Origin: an uncultured Sphingobacteriales bacterium
GTDB lineage: Bacteria; Bacteroidota; Bacteroidia; CAILMK01; CAYYUA01
Length of the DNA: 64,000 nt
NCBI GenBank assembly: GCA_964542585.1
Contig: CAZIUI010000001.1
Coordinates: forward strand, 185,562 to 249,561
Direction of reading: 5' to 3'
Made by a program: the position numbers and the translations under genes. The notes under the pieces are model-generated. The model did no database searches, was not told the origin of the DNA, and was given only the letters and a program-made list of their open reading frames with translations. Shown here piece after piece: positions 19,852 to 29,678 of this stretch (positions are counted from its first letter, which is position 1; each line of letters opens with the position of its first letter).

Positions 19852-20553
19852 ATGCTACCCACAAAAGCTGTGTTACCCTCCTTACCGACTTCCTGGAATG
19901 CGTACCTCGGGGAAGAACAATCTGCCCCCTATTTTCAACAACTTCAACAACGGTTAGAAGCGGAAATAGATCGGGATTTTGAAATTTTTCCGCCACAAGC
20001 GCAGATTTTTAATGCTTACGAGCAGACCGCTTTCCAGGATGTTCGAGTTGTAATTTTAGGGCAAGATCCCTACCATGGTCCTAAGCAAGCAAATGGATTG
20101 GCATTTAGCGTTAATAAAGGGATTAAGCAGCCTCCCAGTCTTCAAAACATTTTTAAGGAAATACAACTTGAGTTGGGGGGTGTCCTGCCAGAACATGGGG
20201 ATTTAACACCCTGGGCAAGGCAAGGCGTCCTATTACTAAACGCTGTTCTTACTGTAAGAGCTGGTCAGGCAGGATCGCATCGAAACATTGGTTGGGAGGA
20301 TTTTACAAGTACCACCATACAAGTATTGTCAAAATATCGAGAAGGCCTTTTGTTCTTGCTGTGGGGAAATGATGCCCAGTCAAAAGCTAGGCTTATTGAT
20401 TCCGAAAAACACTTCATTTTAAAAGCTCCCCATCCTTCCCCTTATTCTGCCAACAAAGGTTTTTTTGGGTGTGAACACTTCAAACAAACCAATGAAATTC
20501 TTAAAAGTATTGGGGAAAAACCTATATCCTGGAACTTAAGCAATCAGGATTAA
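19852..20553 (+). CDS. ung: Uracil-DNA glycosylase, family 1
   Basis: VVILGQDPYHG, PPSLQNIFKE, QGVLLLNAVLTV, HPSPYS. Confidence 0.97.
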   Translation: MLPTKAVLPSLPTSWNAYLGEEQSAPYFQQLQQRLEAEIDRDFEIFPPQAQIFNAYEQTAFQDVRVVILGQDPYHGPKQANGLAFSVNKGIKQPPSLQNIFKEIQLELGGVLPEHGDLTPWARQGVLLLNAVLTVRAGQAGSHRNIGWEDFTSTTIQVLSKYREGLLFLLWGNDAQSKARLIDSEKHFILKAPHPSPYSANKGFFGCEHFKQTNEILKSIGEKPISWNLSNQD

Positions 20554-20700
20554 AAAAATTTGGCAAGTGATAATTTGATATTAAGCCAAAGTGCGGTTCT
20601 AAAAAGCATTTTATTCCCATTGAAATTTCATCTACTAAATCAGGAACTCCTGGGATTCATATTCAATTAAATGCTTTTTAAGGGAAAATCTGGCCTACAA

Positions 20701-21075
20701 CTAAAATAAGCGCAACCCACTTATCAAAAGGCAAATCCATCCTGCAAGGAATGATAATCCTCCAATTGGCGTAATTGCTCCAAGCCATTTAACACCTGTT
20801 AATACCAAGGCATACAAAGAACCCGAGAATATAACAATGCCACCGATGAACAGAAAACCACTAATCTTTAGCAATAAGCTAGGTTGGAAAACCTGGATTA
20901 TGATAGCAACAATTAAAAGTCCTAATGCATGATAAAATTGATATTGAATGCCGGTCTGGAAAGTATCCAGCATATCCGTTGATACTTTTGATTTGAGCCC
21001 GTGGGCACCAAAAGCTCCGCCGGCCACAGCCATAAAAGCCATCAAAGCAGCTATTACAAAAAAAGCCTTAGCCAT
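20701..21075 (-). CDS. DUF423 family membrane protein
   Basis: GAFGAHGLK, YQFYHALGL, FSGSLY, GAITPIGG. Confidence 0.92.
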   Translation of the reverse strand: MAKAFFVIAALMAFMAVAGGAFGAHGLKSKVSTDMLDTFQTGIQYQFYHALGLLIVAIIIQVFQPSLLLKISGFLFIGGIVIFSGSLYALVLTGVKWLGAITPIGGLSFLAGWICLLISGLRLF

Positions 21076-21287
21076 ATAGTCCCTAGTTTTTGATTATTAA
21101 GCTTGTAAATATAAAACCTGTTCAGCAAACGGAGGGTTTTAGAATGGTGCTGGTAAAGGATTTAAGCCGGCTGTAGAACAAATTTACAAAAGTTTATAGT
21201 CAAGTTTGTCCTGATATTAACAAAAGTTTAAATCTTGCGATAAGCTATTTTTCGTTTTTTTCTACTTTAGCTAATCTAAACATTAGT

Positions 21288-21295
21288 TAAATTTG
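21288..21295 (+). promoter_or_regulatory. -7 promoter element (TAAATTTG) for the HTH regulator gene
   Basis: TAnnTTTG 13 nt before ATG 21309. Confidence 0.55.
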
Positions 21296-21308
21296 CTGGA
21301 AAATATCT

Positions 21309-21806
21309 ATGGTAGCGGTGAACCAACGCATACAAACGTTAATTAACACGCTCGGGGAAAGTAATAACCGTTTTGCACAGCGAATAGACACCTCAAGTGC
21401 CGTCATTAGTCATATTCTGACAGGTCGTAACCGACCCAACCTTGAACTTATCCAGAAAATCCTTAAAGCATTTCCTAACCTTAGAGCGAATTGGTTGGTT
21501 TTGGGTGAAGGATCCCTGCATGTAGATGGCAATAAAGCCTTAACGGCTATACCAGACCAAGGCAAAATGGAATCACGAGAACCACAAGCATCTTCAACCG
21601 AAGCGACTTCCATCCCAGACGCTCAAAATCATGATCCGGAACCACCTCAAGAGGAAATTTCTGAAAATCCCGGAACGGAAGCCTATCCTATTCAGCCAAT
21701 GTTAAACAATATCCTGCAGTCCCAAAGATTGATGTTGAAGAGTGTAGAGCAGCAAATGCAGATGCAGGAACAATTGCTTGAGTGGATGAATAAAAAATCA
21801 GGTTGA
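21309..21806 (+). CDS. XRE/Cro-type helix-turn-helix transcriptional regulator
   Basis: FAQRIDTSSAVISHILTGRNRPNLE...ANWLVLGEG HTH; low-complexity linker; short Q/M-rich C-terminal helix. Confidence 0.85.
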   Translation: MVAVNQRIQTLINTLGESNNRFAQRIDTSSAVISHILTGRNRPNLELIQKILKAFPNLRANWLVLGEGSLHVDGNKALTAIPDQGKMESREPQASSTEATSIPDAQNHDPEPPQEEISENPGTEAYPIQPMLNNILQSQRLMLKSVEQQMQMQEQLLEWMNKKSG

Positions 21807-21858
21807 ATTCTCTTCTCTTATAAGTTAAGTGCTACCTGGAATATCTTTAAAGCCTGGC

Positions 21859-22719
21859 CTAGATGCATACAAGAAAAAGTGACAATAAACCTGTAACCAT
21901 GATTCCCTTTAGCCACTGGCTAAGCTGATGAAACTTTGTTTTGGTATCGGCATGCTCTAATTGTTTCATAAAAATAAAAGTTGGCCCTGCTACCAAGCCT
22001 ACCAAATAAATACTGATCCAAATATTCAGGTAAAAATAGACAGCTATAACATAAAACCCTAACAATGCTAAAAATACAGCGGTTAAAAATTTAATTACGC
22101 CCTTAGCTCGGTGAACACCTAATTGTAGAGGTATGGTACGACTCCCGAATATACTATCTCCTTCCCTGTCTTCCACATCTTTTACAATTTCTCTTAAAAG
22201 CCCGATTAGACCCGCAAATAAACTGTAAAATAAAACCAGTTTAAAGTTTAAGCCCCGGTCAAACAGCCACACAACAAATACCACTAAACCCAATAAAGCA
22301 GCCACTAAGAGGTTACCAATGAAAAAAATATGCTTTAGCTTGCTGGAGTAGAAATGTAAAATCCCTGCTACGCCTGCATTAAAAATACCCAATGCTGGTG
22401 ATAATGCAAAGCCTATCCCTACCGCCAGTAGGTTGAGTAAAATGTGCAATATAATGGCATAGCGGCGGCTGATTCGGGTGTCAAGGACGGTTTTATCCGG
22501 CTTGTTGATCAGGTCTATCTTGGCATCATAGTAATCGTTGATCACATAGCCAGCTGCCGCTAGGCTGAGCGTGGATAGCAATAGCATCGCAAAACGAGCA
22601 TCAAACGCAAATGCCCAGCATTCACTTTCAGGAAGGGTAAGGTAAACTGTTGTCTGCGTAAGCACCAATACCAGCAGGTTTACTGGTCGGAAAAGGCGCA
22701 AATAGGTTAACCAGGTCAT
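21859..22719 (-). CDS. UbiA-family prenyltransferase, DGGGP-synthase-like
   Basis: LRLFRPVNL start, GYVINDYYDAKIDLINKP, REIVKDVEDREGD..GSRTIP. Confidence 0.85.
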   Translation of the reverse strand: MTWLTYLRLFRPVNLLVLVLTQTTVYLTLPESECWAFAFDARFAMLLLSTLSLAAAGYVINDYYDAKIDLINKPDKTVLDTRISRRYAIILHILLNLLAVGIGFALSPALGIFNAGVAGILHFYSSKLKHIFFIGNLLVAALLGLVVFVVWLFDRGLNFKLVLFYSLFAGLIGLLREIVKDVEDREGDSIFGSRTIPLQLGVHRAKGVIKFLTAVFLALLGFYVIAVYFYLNIWISIYLVGLVAGPTFIFMKQLEHADTKTKFHQLSQWLKGIMVTGLLSLFLVCI

Positions 22720-22761
22720 AAGTTTATTGAACTACTTGCTTTGCGGGAGATAGGAAAATCT

Positions 22762-23274
22762 CTATATAGTTTGGTGCCAAAGCCCTTTTACCCTTAAAAC
22801 CCGCTCAATAATGTCCCTCACGCATCCCTGGCCTCCGGAATAATTACTCTGAAAGTCGCATATCTCAGCTATATCCGGAGCTGCATCAGCCGGACAAGTG
22901 GCAATAGCACATGCCTTAAGTATATCGTAATCCGGCCAATCATCTCCCATTACCAAAACCTCCGACCAATGTAATTTTTGATCAAGGAGGTACTGGTTAA
23001 AACGGGTTAGCTTGTCCCGCTCATCCATAAAAACGTCCTTGATCCCCAAACCTTGAAAGCGATTGGCTATACCTTCTGATGGACGAGCAGAAATTACCGC
23101 AATCTTCATCAATTCCTTGGTAGCCTTAACAGCCGCGTAGCCATCTTTCACGTCCAGGCGCCGCAATTCAGCACCATCATCGGTGATCAGCAGTTTACCA
23201 TCGGTCCAAACACCATCTACGTCAAATACCATGGCACGGATCTGCTTGAGTTCTTTGAAAAAATCAGTTGCCAT
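22762..23274 (-). CDS. kdsC: KDO-8-phosphate phosphatase (HAD family)
   Basis: VFDVDGVWTDG, DVKDG, MGDDWPD, GGQGCVRDIIE. Confidence 0.88.
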   Translation of the reverse strand: MATDFFKELKQIRAMVFDVDGVWTDGKLLITDDGAELRRLDVKDGYAAVKATKELMKIAVISARPSEGIANRFQGLGIKDVFMDERDKLTRFNQYLLDQKLHWSEVLVMGDDWPDYDILKACAIATCPADAAPDIAEICDFQSNYSGGQGCVRDIIERVLRVKGLWHQTI

Positions 23275-23291
23275 TAGATTTTATTTTATGA

Positions 23292-24062
23292 TTAACGATG
23301 AAAATGCTGGTATATGGCCGAAGACATGATATCGTAAACAGCCTTCTGATTTTCATTGCTCAGCAATCGCTTATGATACTCAATCGTAGCCGTATCCCCT
23401 CTTTTTGCAGGTCCGGTTTGGGCGGCTTCCGGGCCTAAATCCAAAGCTTTTGCAATGGTCTCTTCAATCAAGGGATTTAAAAGCTTGAAATCCAAACCCT
23501 GCTTATTTAATTGTTCGGCAGCTATCCCCAGGAGGTGGTTGGTGAAGTTATTTGTAAGGATAGCAGCCAAGTGAAGGTATTCCCGGCTAGCTGAGGTCAA
23601 AGGATAAGCAGGTGAGCCAAGCGATTTGATCACGCTCTGGAGGGCTTGGTCGGACTTATCATCTGAAGCCTCATAAAAAAAAGGAACAGTCAATAATTTC
23701 AATGGGCGGTCTTTACTAAAAGTCTGAAGGGGGTAAAGCACACCAATGGACGGAGCAATACCGGATAAAGCATCCATGCTTACGCTACCTGCTGTATGTA
23801 CCACCAAACCTTTCCGGGTGTACCAATAATTGTTAAGCTTTCCAATGGTTGTATCAGGGGTCGTTACGATATACAGGTCCGATTCCTCATCCAGGTTTTT
23901 CCAGTTTTCAACAGCTTCTGCTTCTACAATTTCAGCTAAAGCAGCTGCAGAAGCCTCCCGATTAGCAATAACCTGCCGTATCTTATAGCCAGCCTCATAC
24001 AGGGCTTTGATAAGGTTGGTTCCTACATTGCCGGCTCCTATGGCTGTAATATTTTGGATCAT
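23292..24062 (-). CDS. Rossmann-like / DUF2520 oxidoreductase
   Basis: IGAGNVG, VHTAGS, YPLQTFS, HLAA...NNFTNH, AQTGPAKRGD. Confidence 0.88.
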   Translation of the reverse strand: MIQNITAIGAGNVGTNLIKALYEAGYKIRQVIANREASAAALAEIVEAEAVENWKNLDEESDLYIVTTPDTTIGKLNNYWYTRKGLVVHTAGSVSMDALSGIAPSIGVLYPLQTFSKDRPLKLLTVPFFYEASDDKSDQALQSVIKSLGSPAYPLTSASREYLHLAAILTNNFTNHLLGIAAEQLNKQGLDFKLLNPLIEETIAKALDLGPEAAQTGPAKRGDTATIEYHKRLLSNENQKAVYDIMSSAIYQHFHR

Positions 24063-24085
24063 AACCCTGCTAGTAAAAAGCCATC

Positions 24086-25648
24086 TCAGTTTGAATCCGA
24101 TGCTTGATCCTCATTGATACCCTCTTCGGATGAGCCTTGAGACTTTTCTGGTCGCATTTGTGGGAAGAATAAGACTTCTTGAATAGATGGCTGATCTGTA
24201 AGAATCATGGCCAGCCGGTCAATGCCCACACCTAAACCAGCGGTTGGTGGCATTCCCACTTCCAAAGCCCGGAGAAAATCCTCGTCCAATACCATGGCTT
24301 CTTCATCTCCTTGCTCGCCAAGCTTTAGCTGCTCTTCAAACCGCTGCCTTTGATCGATGGGATCGTTAAGCTCTGAAAAGGCATTCATGATCTCTTTACC
24401 CATACAGATCACTTCAAAACGCTCTACCAAACCTTCCTTGGAGCGGTGTTTCTTGGCCAGAGGTGACATTTCAAGGGGGTAATCCATGATAAAGGTTGGA
24501 TTGATAAGCTTAGGCTCCACGTATTCTCCAAAAATCTCATCTATCAATTTTCCCCGGTCCATTTCCGGATCATTGGGAACATTCAAGTGCTTAGCTACCT
24601 CACGAATCTCATCCCCTGATTTTTCGGTAATGTCGTAGCCGGTGTAAGCTTCAATCGCCTCATACATTGTGTAGCGCTTCCAGGGCTTTTGGAAGTTGAT
24701 CGTATGCCCTCCACTTTCAACTTCAGAACTGCCTAAGGTTCGCTTGATAATGGTATGAAAGAAGTCTTCTACAAAATCCATCATCCAGTAATAATCCTTA
24801 TAAGCCACGTAAAGCTCCATCTGGGTGAACTCCGGATTGTGATAACGGCTCATGCCTTCGTTCCGAAAGTCCTTGGCAAATTCATAAACGCCATCATACC
24901 CGCCTACAATTAACCGTTTCAGGTAGAGCTCATTGGCAATCCGCAGGTAAAGCGGCATCTCCAGGGTATTGTGGTAGGTCTTAAAAGGACGAGCAGCCGC
25001 GCCTCCATAAAGCGGTTGGAGTATAGGGGTCTCTACTTCCAGGTAATCCTGTTCGTTCAGGTATTCCCGCATGCTATTGATCAATCGTGTTCGCGTCTTG
25101 AAGCGATCTCGAACAGATGGATTGACCACGAGATCGAGGTACCGCATACGGTGACGTTGCTCGGGGTCACTGAAAGCATCATACACCTCCCCGTCTTTTT
25201 CCTTAGGAAGAGGAATGGGCCGTAAGGATTTAGAGAGTAACTTTAAAGTATTTACGAACAGGGTGATTTCCCCCATTTTGGTTTTAAAAGCGTATCCTGT
25301 GACACCCACAATATCCCCAATATCCAGGAGCTTCTTAAAAAGCTTATTGTAGTAGGTTTTATCCTCATCAGGGCAAAGGTCATCCCTGCTAACATACAGT
25401 TGGATGGTTCCGGATTCATCTTCAAGCTCTGCAAATGAGGCCTTACCCATAACGCGGCGCCCCATCAAACGCCCGGCTAACTTTAGCCCGGTGAGGCTAT
25501 CCGGGTTTTTATAAAATTCCGATTTGATATCCGCTGTTGAGATGTTGGCTTCAAAAGTTTCAGGAGGATACGGGTCAATGCCTAATTCCCGGATCTGCTC
25601 AAGTGCTGATCTTCGCTGTTGCTCCTGATCGGACAGGTTCCGCTCCAT
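24086..25648 (-). CDS. lysS: Lysine--tRNA ligase, class II
   Basis: MGKASF OB fold, GGAAARPFKTYHN, YLRIANELYLKRLIVGG, FRNEGMS, GMPPTAGLGVGIDRL. Start set to ATG 25648, just downstream of a -7 element. Confidence 0.97.
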   Translation of the reverse strand: MERNLSDQEQQRRSALEQIRELGIDPYPPETFEANISTADIKSEFYKNPDSLTGLKLAGRLMGRRVMGKASFAELEDESGTIQLYVSRDDLCPDEDKTYYNKLFKKLLDIGDIVGVTGYAFKTKMGEITLFVNTLKLLSKSLRPIPLPKEKDGEVYDAFSDPEQRHRMRYLDLVVNPSVRDRFKTRTRLINSMREYLNEQDYLEVETPILQPLYGGAAARPFKTYHNTLEMPLYLRIANELYLKRLIVGGYDGVYEFAKDFRNEGMSRYHNPEFTQMELYVAYKDYYWMMDFVEDFFHTIIKRTLGSSEVESGGHTINFQKPWKRYTMYEAIEAYTGYDITEKSGDEIREVAKHLNVPNDPEMDRGKLIDEIFGEYVEPKLINPTFIMDYPLEMSPLAKKHRSKEGLVERFEVICMGKEIMNAFSELNDPIDQRQRFEEQLKLGEQGDEEAMVLDEDFLRALEVGMPPTAGLGVGIDRLAMILTDQPSIQEVLFFPQMRPEKSQGSSEEGINEDQASDSN

Positions 25649-25666
25649 AGCCGGTATTTGTTTTTG

Positions 25667-25674
25667 CAAAGGTA
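25667..25674 (-). promoter_or_regulatory. -7 promoter element (TACCTTTG) for the lysS operon
   Basis: TAnnTTTG on the minus strand, 18 nt before the lysS ATG. Confidence 0.6.
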
Positions 25675-25740
25675 AACAAAGCCTTGGTTGTTCAGGCAGA
25701 CATTGGCCATAAGAGGCAAGCCAATATAAATGGTGCCCCC

Positions 25741-25748
25741 TACTTTTG
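25741..25748 (+). promoter_or_regulatory. -7 promoter element (TACTTTTG) for the TauE/SafE gene
   Basis: TAnnTTTG ending 4 nt before ATG 25753. Confidence 0.55.
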
Positions 25749-25752
25749 CCCC

Positions 25753-26490
25753 ATGATTTTGCTAGAGGCATCAACCTGGGTGGGCATTAGCCTTGCTGTT
25801 TTTATGGCCTTTTCCTTAAAGGCCATGACGGGTTTTGGGGAGAATTTAATAATGATTCCTATAATAAGCTTCTTCATCCCACTACCCCAAGTGTTGCCCA
25901 TGACGCTAGTTGTGGTACTAGTAGCTGATGGCGTTTTACTGTACAAACTTTATGATTCTATCGCGTGGTGGTACTGGAGAAGAATGGGAGGAATTGCGGT
26001 TTTGGGCGTCTTCATGGGAAGCTTTGGATTGCAGGAAATAAATCCATACTTGCTTGAAAAGCTGCTTGGCTTGATCATTATTCTTTACCCTATCATAAGC
26101 CTGCTACCTCGTAGATTCCCATCAATTAGAATTCATAAAACTACGGGAGCCTATATCACGGGCTTAAGCGGAGGGTTTCTAAGTGGCATCATGGGAATTG
26201 GCGGACCTCCGGTAATCGCTTACTTTAGTGCCCAACACTTACAGAAGGCCGTATTTCGGTCAACCTGTGTAGTAACGTTTTTGGTATTTGATCTCCTCAG
26301 GCTGGGCAGCTACTCATACCAGGGATTAATGACCTTGCCAATGGGTTTAACTGGCTTGACCCTGCTTCCGGCATTTTTAGCCGGTACGGCATTAGGCCTC
26401 CGCATGCACCCGTTGGTACCTGAGCGACCTTTTCAAATCGGAGTTCGCATTTTATTAATGCTCATTGGTCTTTCACTCCTATTCCAGTGA
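25753..26490 (+). CDS. Sulfite exporter TauE/SafE family membrane protein
   Basis: AMTGFGENLI and SGIMGIGGPPV motifs, about 8 TM segments; start set to ATG 25753. Confidence 0.85.
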   Translation: MILLEASTWVGISLAVFMAFSLKAMTGFGENLIMIPIISFFIPLPQVLPMTLVVVLVADGVLLYKLYDSIAWWYWRRMGGIAVLGVFMGSFGLQEINPYLLEKLLGLIIILYPIISLLPRRFPSIRIHKTTGAYITGLSGGFLSGIMGIGGPPVIAYFSAQHLQKAVFRSTCVVTFLVFDLLRLGSYSYQGLMTLPMGLTGLTLLPAFLAGTALGLRMHPLVPERPFQIGVRILLMLIGLSLLFQ

Positions 26491-26504
26491 GGGATGAAAA
26501 AGCT

Positions 26505-26678
26505 TCAGCGCTTTTTATCATCTTCATTCTCCTCTTCATCCGCAGTAAGCTGGTCTTCGAGCTTACTGCCCCACTCGCCTATTTTTTCACGGGCTTTTTG
26601 AAGGTTTTTATCGCCGGAATCGGGTGAAAGGAGTAATCCAGTAGCTACTCCGATAGCAAAGCAAAAGAATCCACGCAT
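26505..26678 (-). CDS. Small YtxH-like protein, 57 aa (absent from the ORF track)
   Basis: Hand translation MRGFFCFAIGVATGLLLSPDSGDKNLQKAREKIGEWGSKLEDQLTADEEENEDDKKR*; fits the YtxH G..G.LL.P.SG pattern; fills the gap between genes. Confidence 0.75.
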   Translation of the reverse strand: MRGFFCFAIGVATGLLLSPDSGDKNLQKAREKIGEWGSKLEDQLTADEEENEDDKKR

Positions 26679-26732
26679 AAGGTTTGGTTATTTTAGTTAC
26701 AAGTTTAAGCTTTTTTAATAAAACAGCTAATT

Positions 26733-27152
26733 TTACTCGGGTAAATATTCCCAAACCTGTATCTGCTGCTGATCAAAAGCGATATAGTTTTTCAGGATCT
26801 CGGTTTCCTGCATATTGGGATAGCGGTAGCAAAAGGCTGCGTAAGGATATTGGTGCCCACCTAATTTCACATGGTAATACTCCGTATCGCCTTTCAACGG
26901 GCAATGGGTCGAATGGTTTGCTACTTCCAGCACCTCATTCGGGATAGCGGATTCCGGAAAGTAATAAACGGGGTTATAAAGGTCAAACCCAGCTTCCTGA
27001 AGCTTGATCGTGTTGTTCGAACGAGCTATCTCACGCTCGTTTACAGTAGCTTGCACTAAACCTTCAACAGGCTTGAGCCGCATAAAGTGACGGGGTTCGT
27101 TAGGCCGGTGAATCGCATCTTGTACAAAGGTTACTGGTTCATTACTTGCCAT
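26733..27152 (-). CDS. DUF427 domain protein
   Basis: LQEAG...PVYYFP and STHCPLKGDTEYY motifs. Confidence 0.85.
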   Translation of the reverse strand: MASNEPVTFVQDAIHRPNEPRHFMRLKPVEGLVQATVNEREIARSNNTIKLQEAGFDLYNPVYYFPESAIPNEVLEVANHSTHCPLKGDTEYYHVKLGGHQYPYAAFCYRYPNMQETEILKNYIAFDQQQIQVWEYLPE

Positions 27153-27370
27153 AAGGTTTTAGAATTTTTTTTAAAACATTTTGGTCAAAATCTGGACCAA
27201 CCCCGTTAGGTTACCAATGGCCATAAACAGTAGGATAAAAAACCTCTTAACCCGCTGAAAAGGCCTTTTTCAAATTTTAAACATTTTTAACAGACTTTAA
27301 CTAAATCTTTATGATGAATTAGTATTAGCCTTAGCACCTTTGCACGTGTTAAATAAAAGAAGGTAAGACC

Positions 27371-29674
27371 ATGGCTTATATAAAGGGATTTTTTGGAGTT
27401 TGCATAATAGCTCTCTACGCCCTACCCGCTAACGCTCAAGATGATAAAATTACTATTAGCGGGTATGTAGAGGCTAAGGAAAGCAGTGAGCGATTAATCG
27501 GGGCCAATGTTTACGAAGTTCAGTCTAAAAATGGGGCTGTAACGAATGACTACGGCTATTTCAAGGTCAACGTACCTGCCGGTAAATCTATTCTGCGAAT
27601 CTCTTATGTTGGTTACCAAACCATTTATGACACGATCACGAGCAATAATGACCTTAAGAAAACCTACCGCATTCCGTCTACTGTAGAGATCCAGGAAGTA
27701 ACCGTTAAAGGTGAGCGCAGTATCCAGCAGAAATCCCAGATGAGTAAGGTCAACATGCCGGTAGAACAGGTTGAAAAAATGCCACAGCTTTTTGGCGAGG
27801 CTGATCCCATGCGATTAGCCAAATCCATGCCTGGAATCCAAAGTGGCAGTGAAGCTTCTAGTGGCTTGCACATCCGCGGTGGCAGCCCTGATCAAAACCT
27901 GATCCTACTCGATGGTGTGCCCTTGTATCATGCCAGCCACCTTGGCGGGTTTTTCTCCGTATTCAATAGTAACTCCATCAAAAACATGGATATCTACAAA
28001 GGCGGCTTTCCTGCCCGCTATGGTAACCGCTTATCCTCGGTTATAGATGTACGCATGAAAGAGGGAGATATGAAGGAATTTCATGGTTCTGGTAGTATCG
28101 GTCTTTTATCCTCTAAAATAATGCTTGAGGGGCCTATCGTAGAGGATAAAACCTCTTTCATGTTTTCCGGGAGGCGCTCCTTCCTGGATTTGCTTGCAAG
28201 ACCCTTCGGAGGTTTCGGTGGGGATGACCTTAGTATCTACTATTATTTTTATGATGTTAATGCCAAGATCAATCACAAATTTTCGGACAAGGATCGCCTT
28301 TATGCGAGTTTTTACAATGGCGATGACCGCATCACCCTGGAACAGGATTTTGATGGCGGAAAAATCAGTAATTTCAATGCCTGGGGAAACCTCATGGGGT
28401 CACTCCGTTGGAACCATGTTTTTAGCCCGGAGCTTTTTGCCAATTTTACAGCTAACTACTCCCGTTACCGCTTTAAGATTGATATCGAGCAAGACTCTGA
28501 TCAGTCAGATTTCGCACAGTTTTACGAATCAAGTGTCCGGGATTATTTCCTAAAGGCCGATTTTGATTACGAGCCTGTTCAAGACCACAGCATCAAGTTT
28601 GGTGGTAAAGCAACTTACCACACGTTTAGGCCCGGTGTTACAGATCTTGAGGCTGAAAGCTCAAATGCTAATACGGATACCACCTATGGTTCCGACAAAT
28701 TCCACAACATGCAATACAGTGCCTATATTCAGGATAAATGGAGTATAACGCCCCGCCTGGAAATCAATGGCGGTTTCCGGGGAGCAGCATTTATTGTGGA
28801 TAATAACACCTACACCAGCTTGCAACCCCGATTATCGGGTCGTTACTTGTTAAATGAGGAGTCATCGCTAAAACTCTCTTACGCCCAAATGCAGCAATTT
28901 GTGCATTTGCTTTCAAGCAGCGGTGCTGGTCTTCCAACCGATTTGTGGGTTCCATCTACCAATAAGGTCAAGCCTCAGCAATCTCGTCAAATAGCCGCCG
29001 GTTACTCTAGAACCCTACTTGATGGCCGTTACCAATTAAACGTAGAGACCTACTACAAAACCATGGATAATTTGATAACCTATAAGCCCGGCGCGAGTTT
29101 CTTTGGCACCTCTTCTCAATGGGAGGAAAAGATTCGCTCTGGTGGAACGGGTCGGGCTTATGGTGCCGAGTTAAAGTTTGAACGTAAACTTGGAAAAACC
29201 ACTGGCTGGATCAGCTACACCTGGAGTAAAAGTACCCGAAAGTTTGATAAGATCAATTTCGGGGACCGCTACCCTTACCGTTACGATCGCCGGCACAATG
29301 CTAGTGTAGTTATCAACCATCAGTTCACCGAATCAATTGATGCTTCCCTTCGATGGACCTACCAATCGGGAAATGCTCTGACACTTCCGTATGGTCACTA
29401 CCCCTCCCAATTAGATGCAGATGAAGAAGTGATGACCTATCAAGAAAAGAATGGATACCGGGCGCAGCCTTATCACCGGCTGGATCTAAGTGTTAACTTG
29501 TCAAGAGATCTTGGCTGGGCTGAGCGGACCTGGAATATCAGCCTTTACAATGCCTACAATCGACAAAATCCCTTCTTCTATTATTTTAAAGACCAAGATG
29601 AAGGTCAGAGGCAACTATTCCAGACGAGCTTATTCCCGGTTTTACCATCAGTTAGTTATCAATTAAATTTTTAA
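27371..29674 (+). CDS. TonB-dependent outer membrane receptor
   Basis: Signal peptide, carboxypeptidase-regulatory-like N-domain, plug motifs IRGGSPDQNLILLDG and KGGFPARYGNRLSSV, C-terminal Phe. Confidence 0.93.
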   Translation: MAYIKGFFGVCIIALYALPANAQDDKITISGYVEAKESSERLIGANVYEVQSKNGAVTNDYGYFKVNVPAGKSILRISYVGYQTIYDTITSNNDLKKTYRIPSTVEIQEVTVKGERSIQQKSQMSKVNMPVEQVEKMPQLFGEADPMRLAKSMPGIQSGSEASSGLHIRGGSPDQNLILLDGVPLYHASHLGGFFSVFNSNSIKNMDIYKGGFPARYGNRLSSVIDVRMKEGDMKEFHGSGSIGLLSSKIMLEGPIVEDKTSFMFSGRRSFLDLLARPFGGFGGDDLSIYYYFYDVNAKINHKFSDKDRLYASFYNGDDRITLEQDFDGGKISNFNAWGNLMGSLRWNHVFSPELFANFTANYSRYRFKIDIEQDSDQSDFAQFYESSVRDYFLKADFDYEPVQDHSIKFGGKATYHTFRPGVTDLEAESSNANTDTTYGSDKFHNMQYSAYIQDKWSITPRLEINGGFRGAAFIVDNNTYTSLQPRLSGRYLLNEESSLKLSYAQMQQFVHLLSSSGAGLPTDLWVPSTNKVKPQQSRQIAAGYSRTLLDGRYQLNVETYYKTMDNLITYKPGASFFGTSSQWEEKIRSGGTGRAYGAELKFERKLGKTTGWISYTWSKSTRKFDKINFGDRYPYRYDRRHNASVVINHQFTESIDASLRWTYQSGNALTLPYGHYPSQLDADEEVMTYQEKNGYRAQPYHRLDLSVNLSRDLGWAERTWNISLYNAYNRQNPFFYYFKDQDEGQRQLFQTSLFPVLPSVSYQLNF

Positions 29675-29678
29675 GGCT

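Noticed and set aside
26684-27059. Plus-strand ORFs overlapping the DUF427 gene
   Set aside because: They are antisense to a recognisable DUF427 gene.
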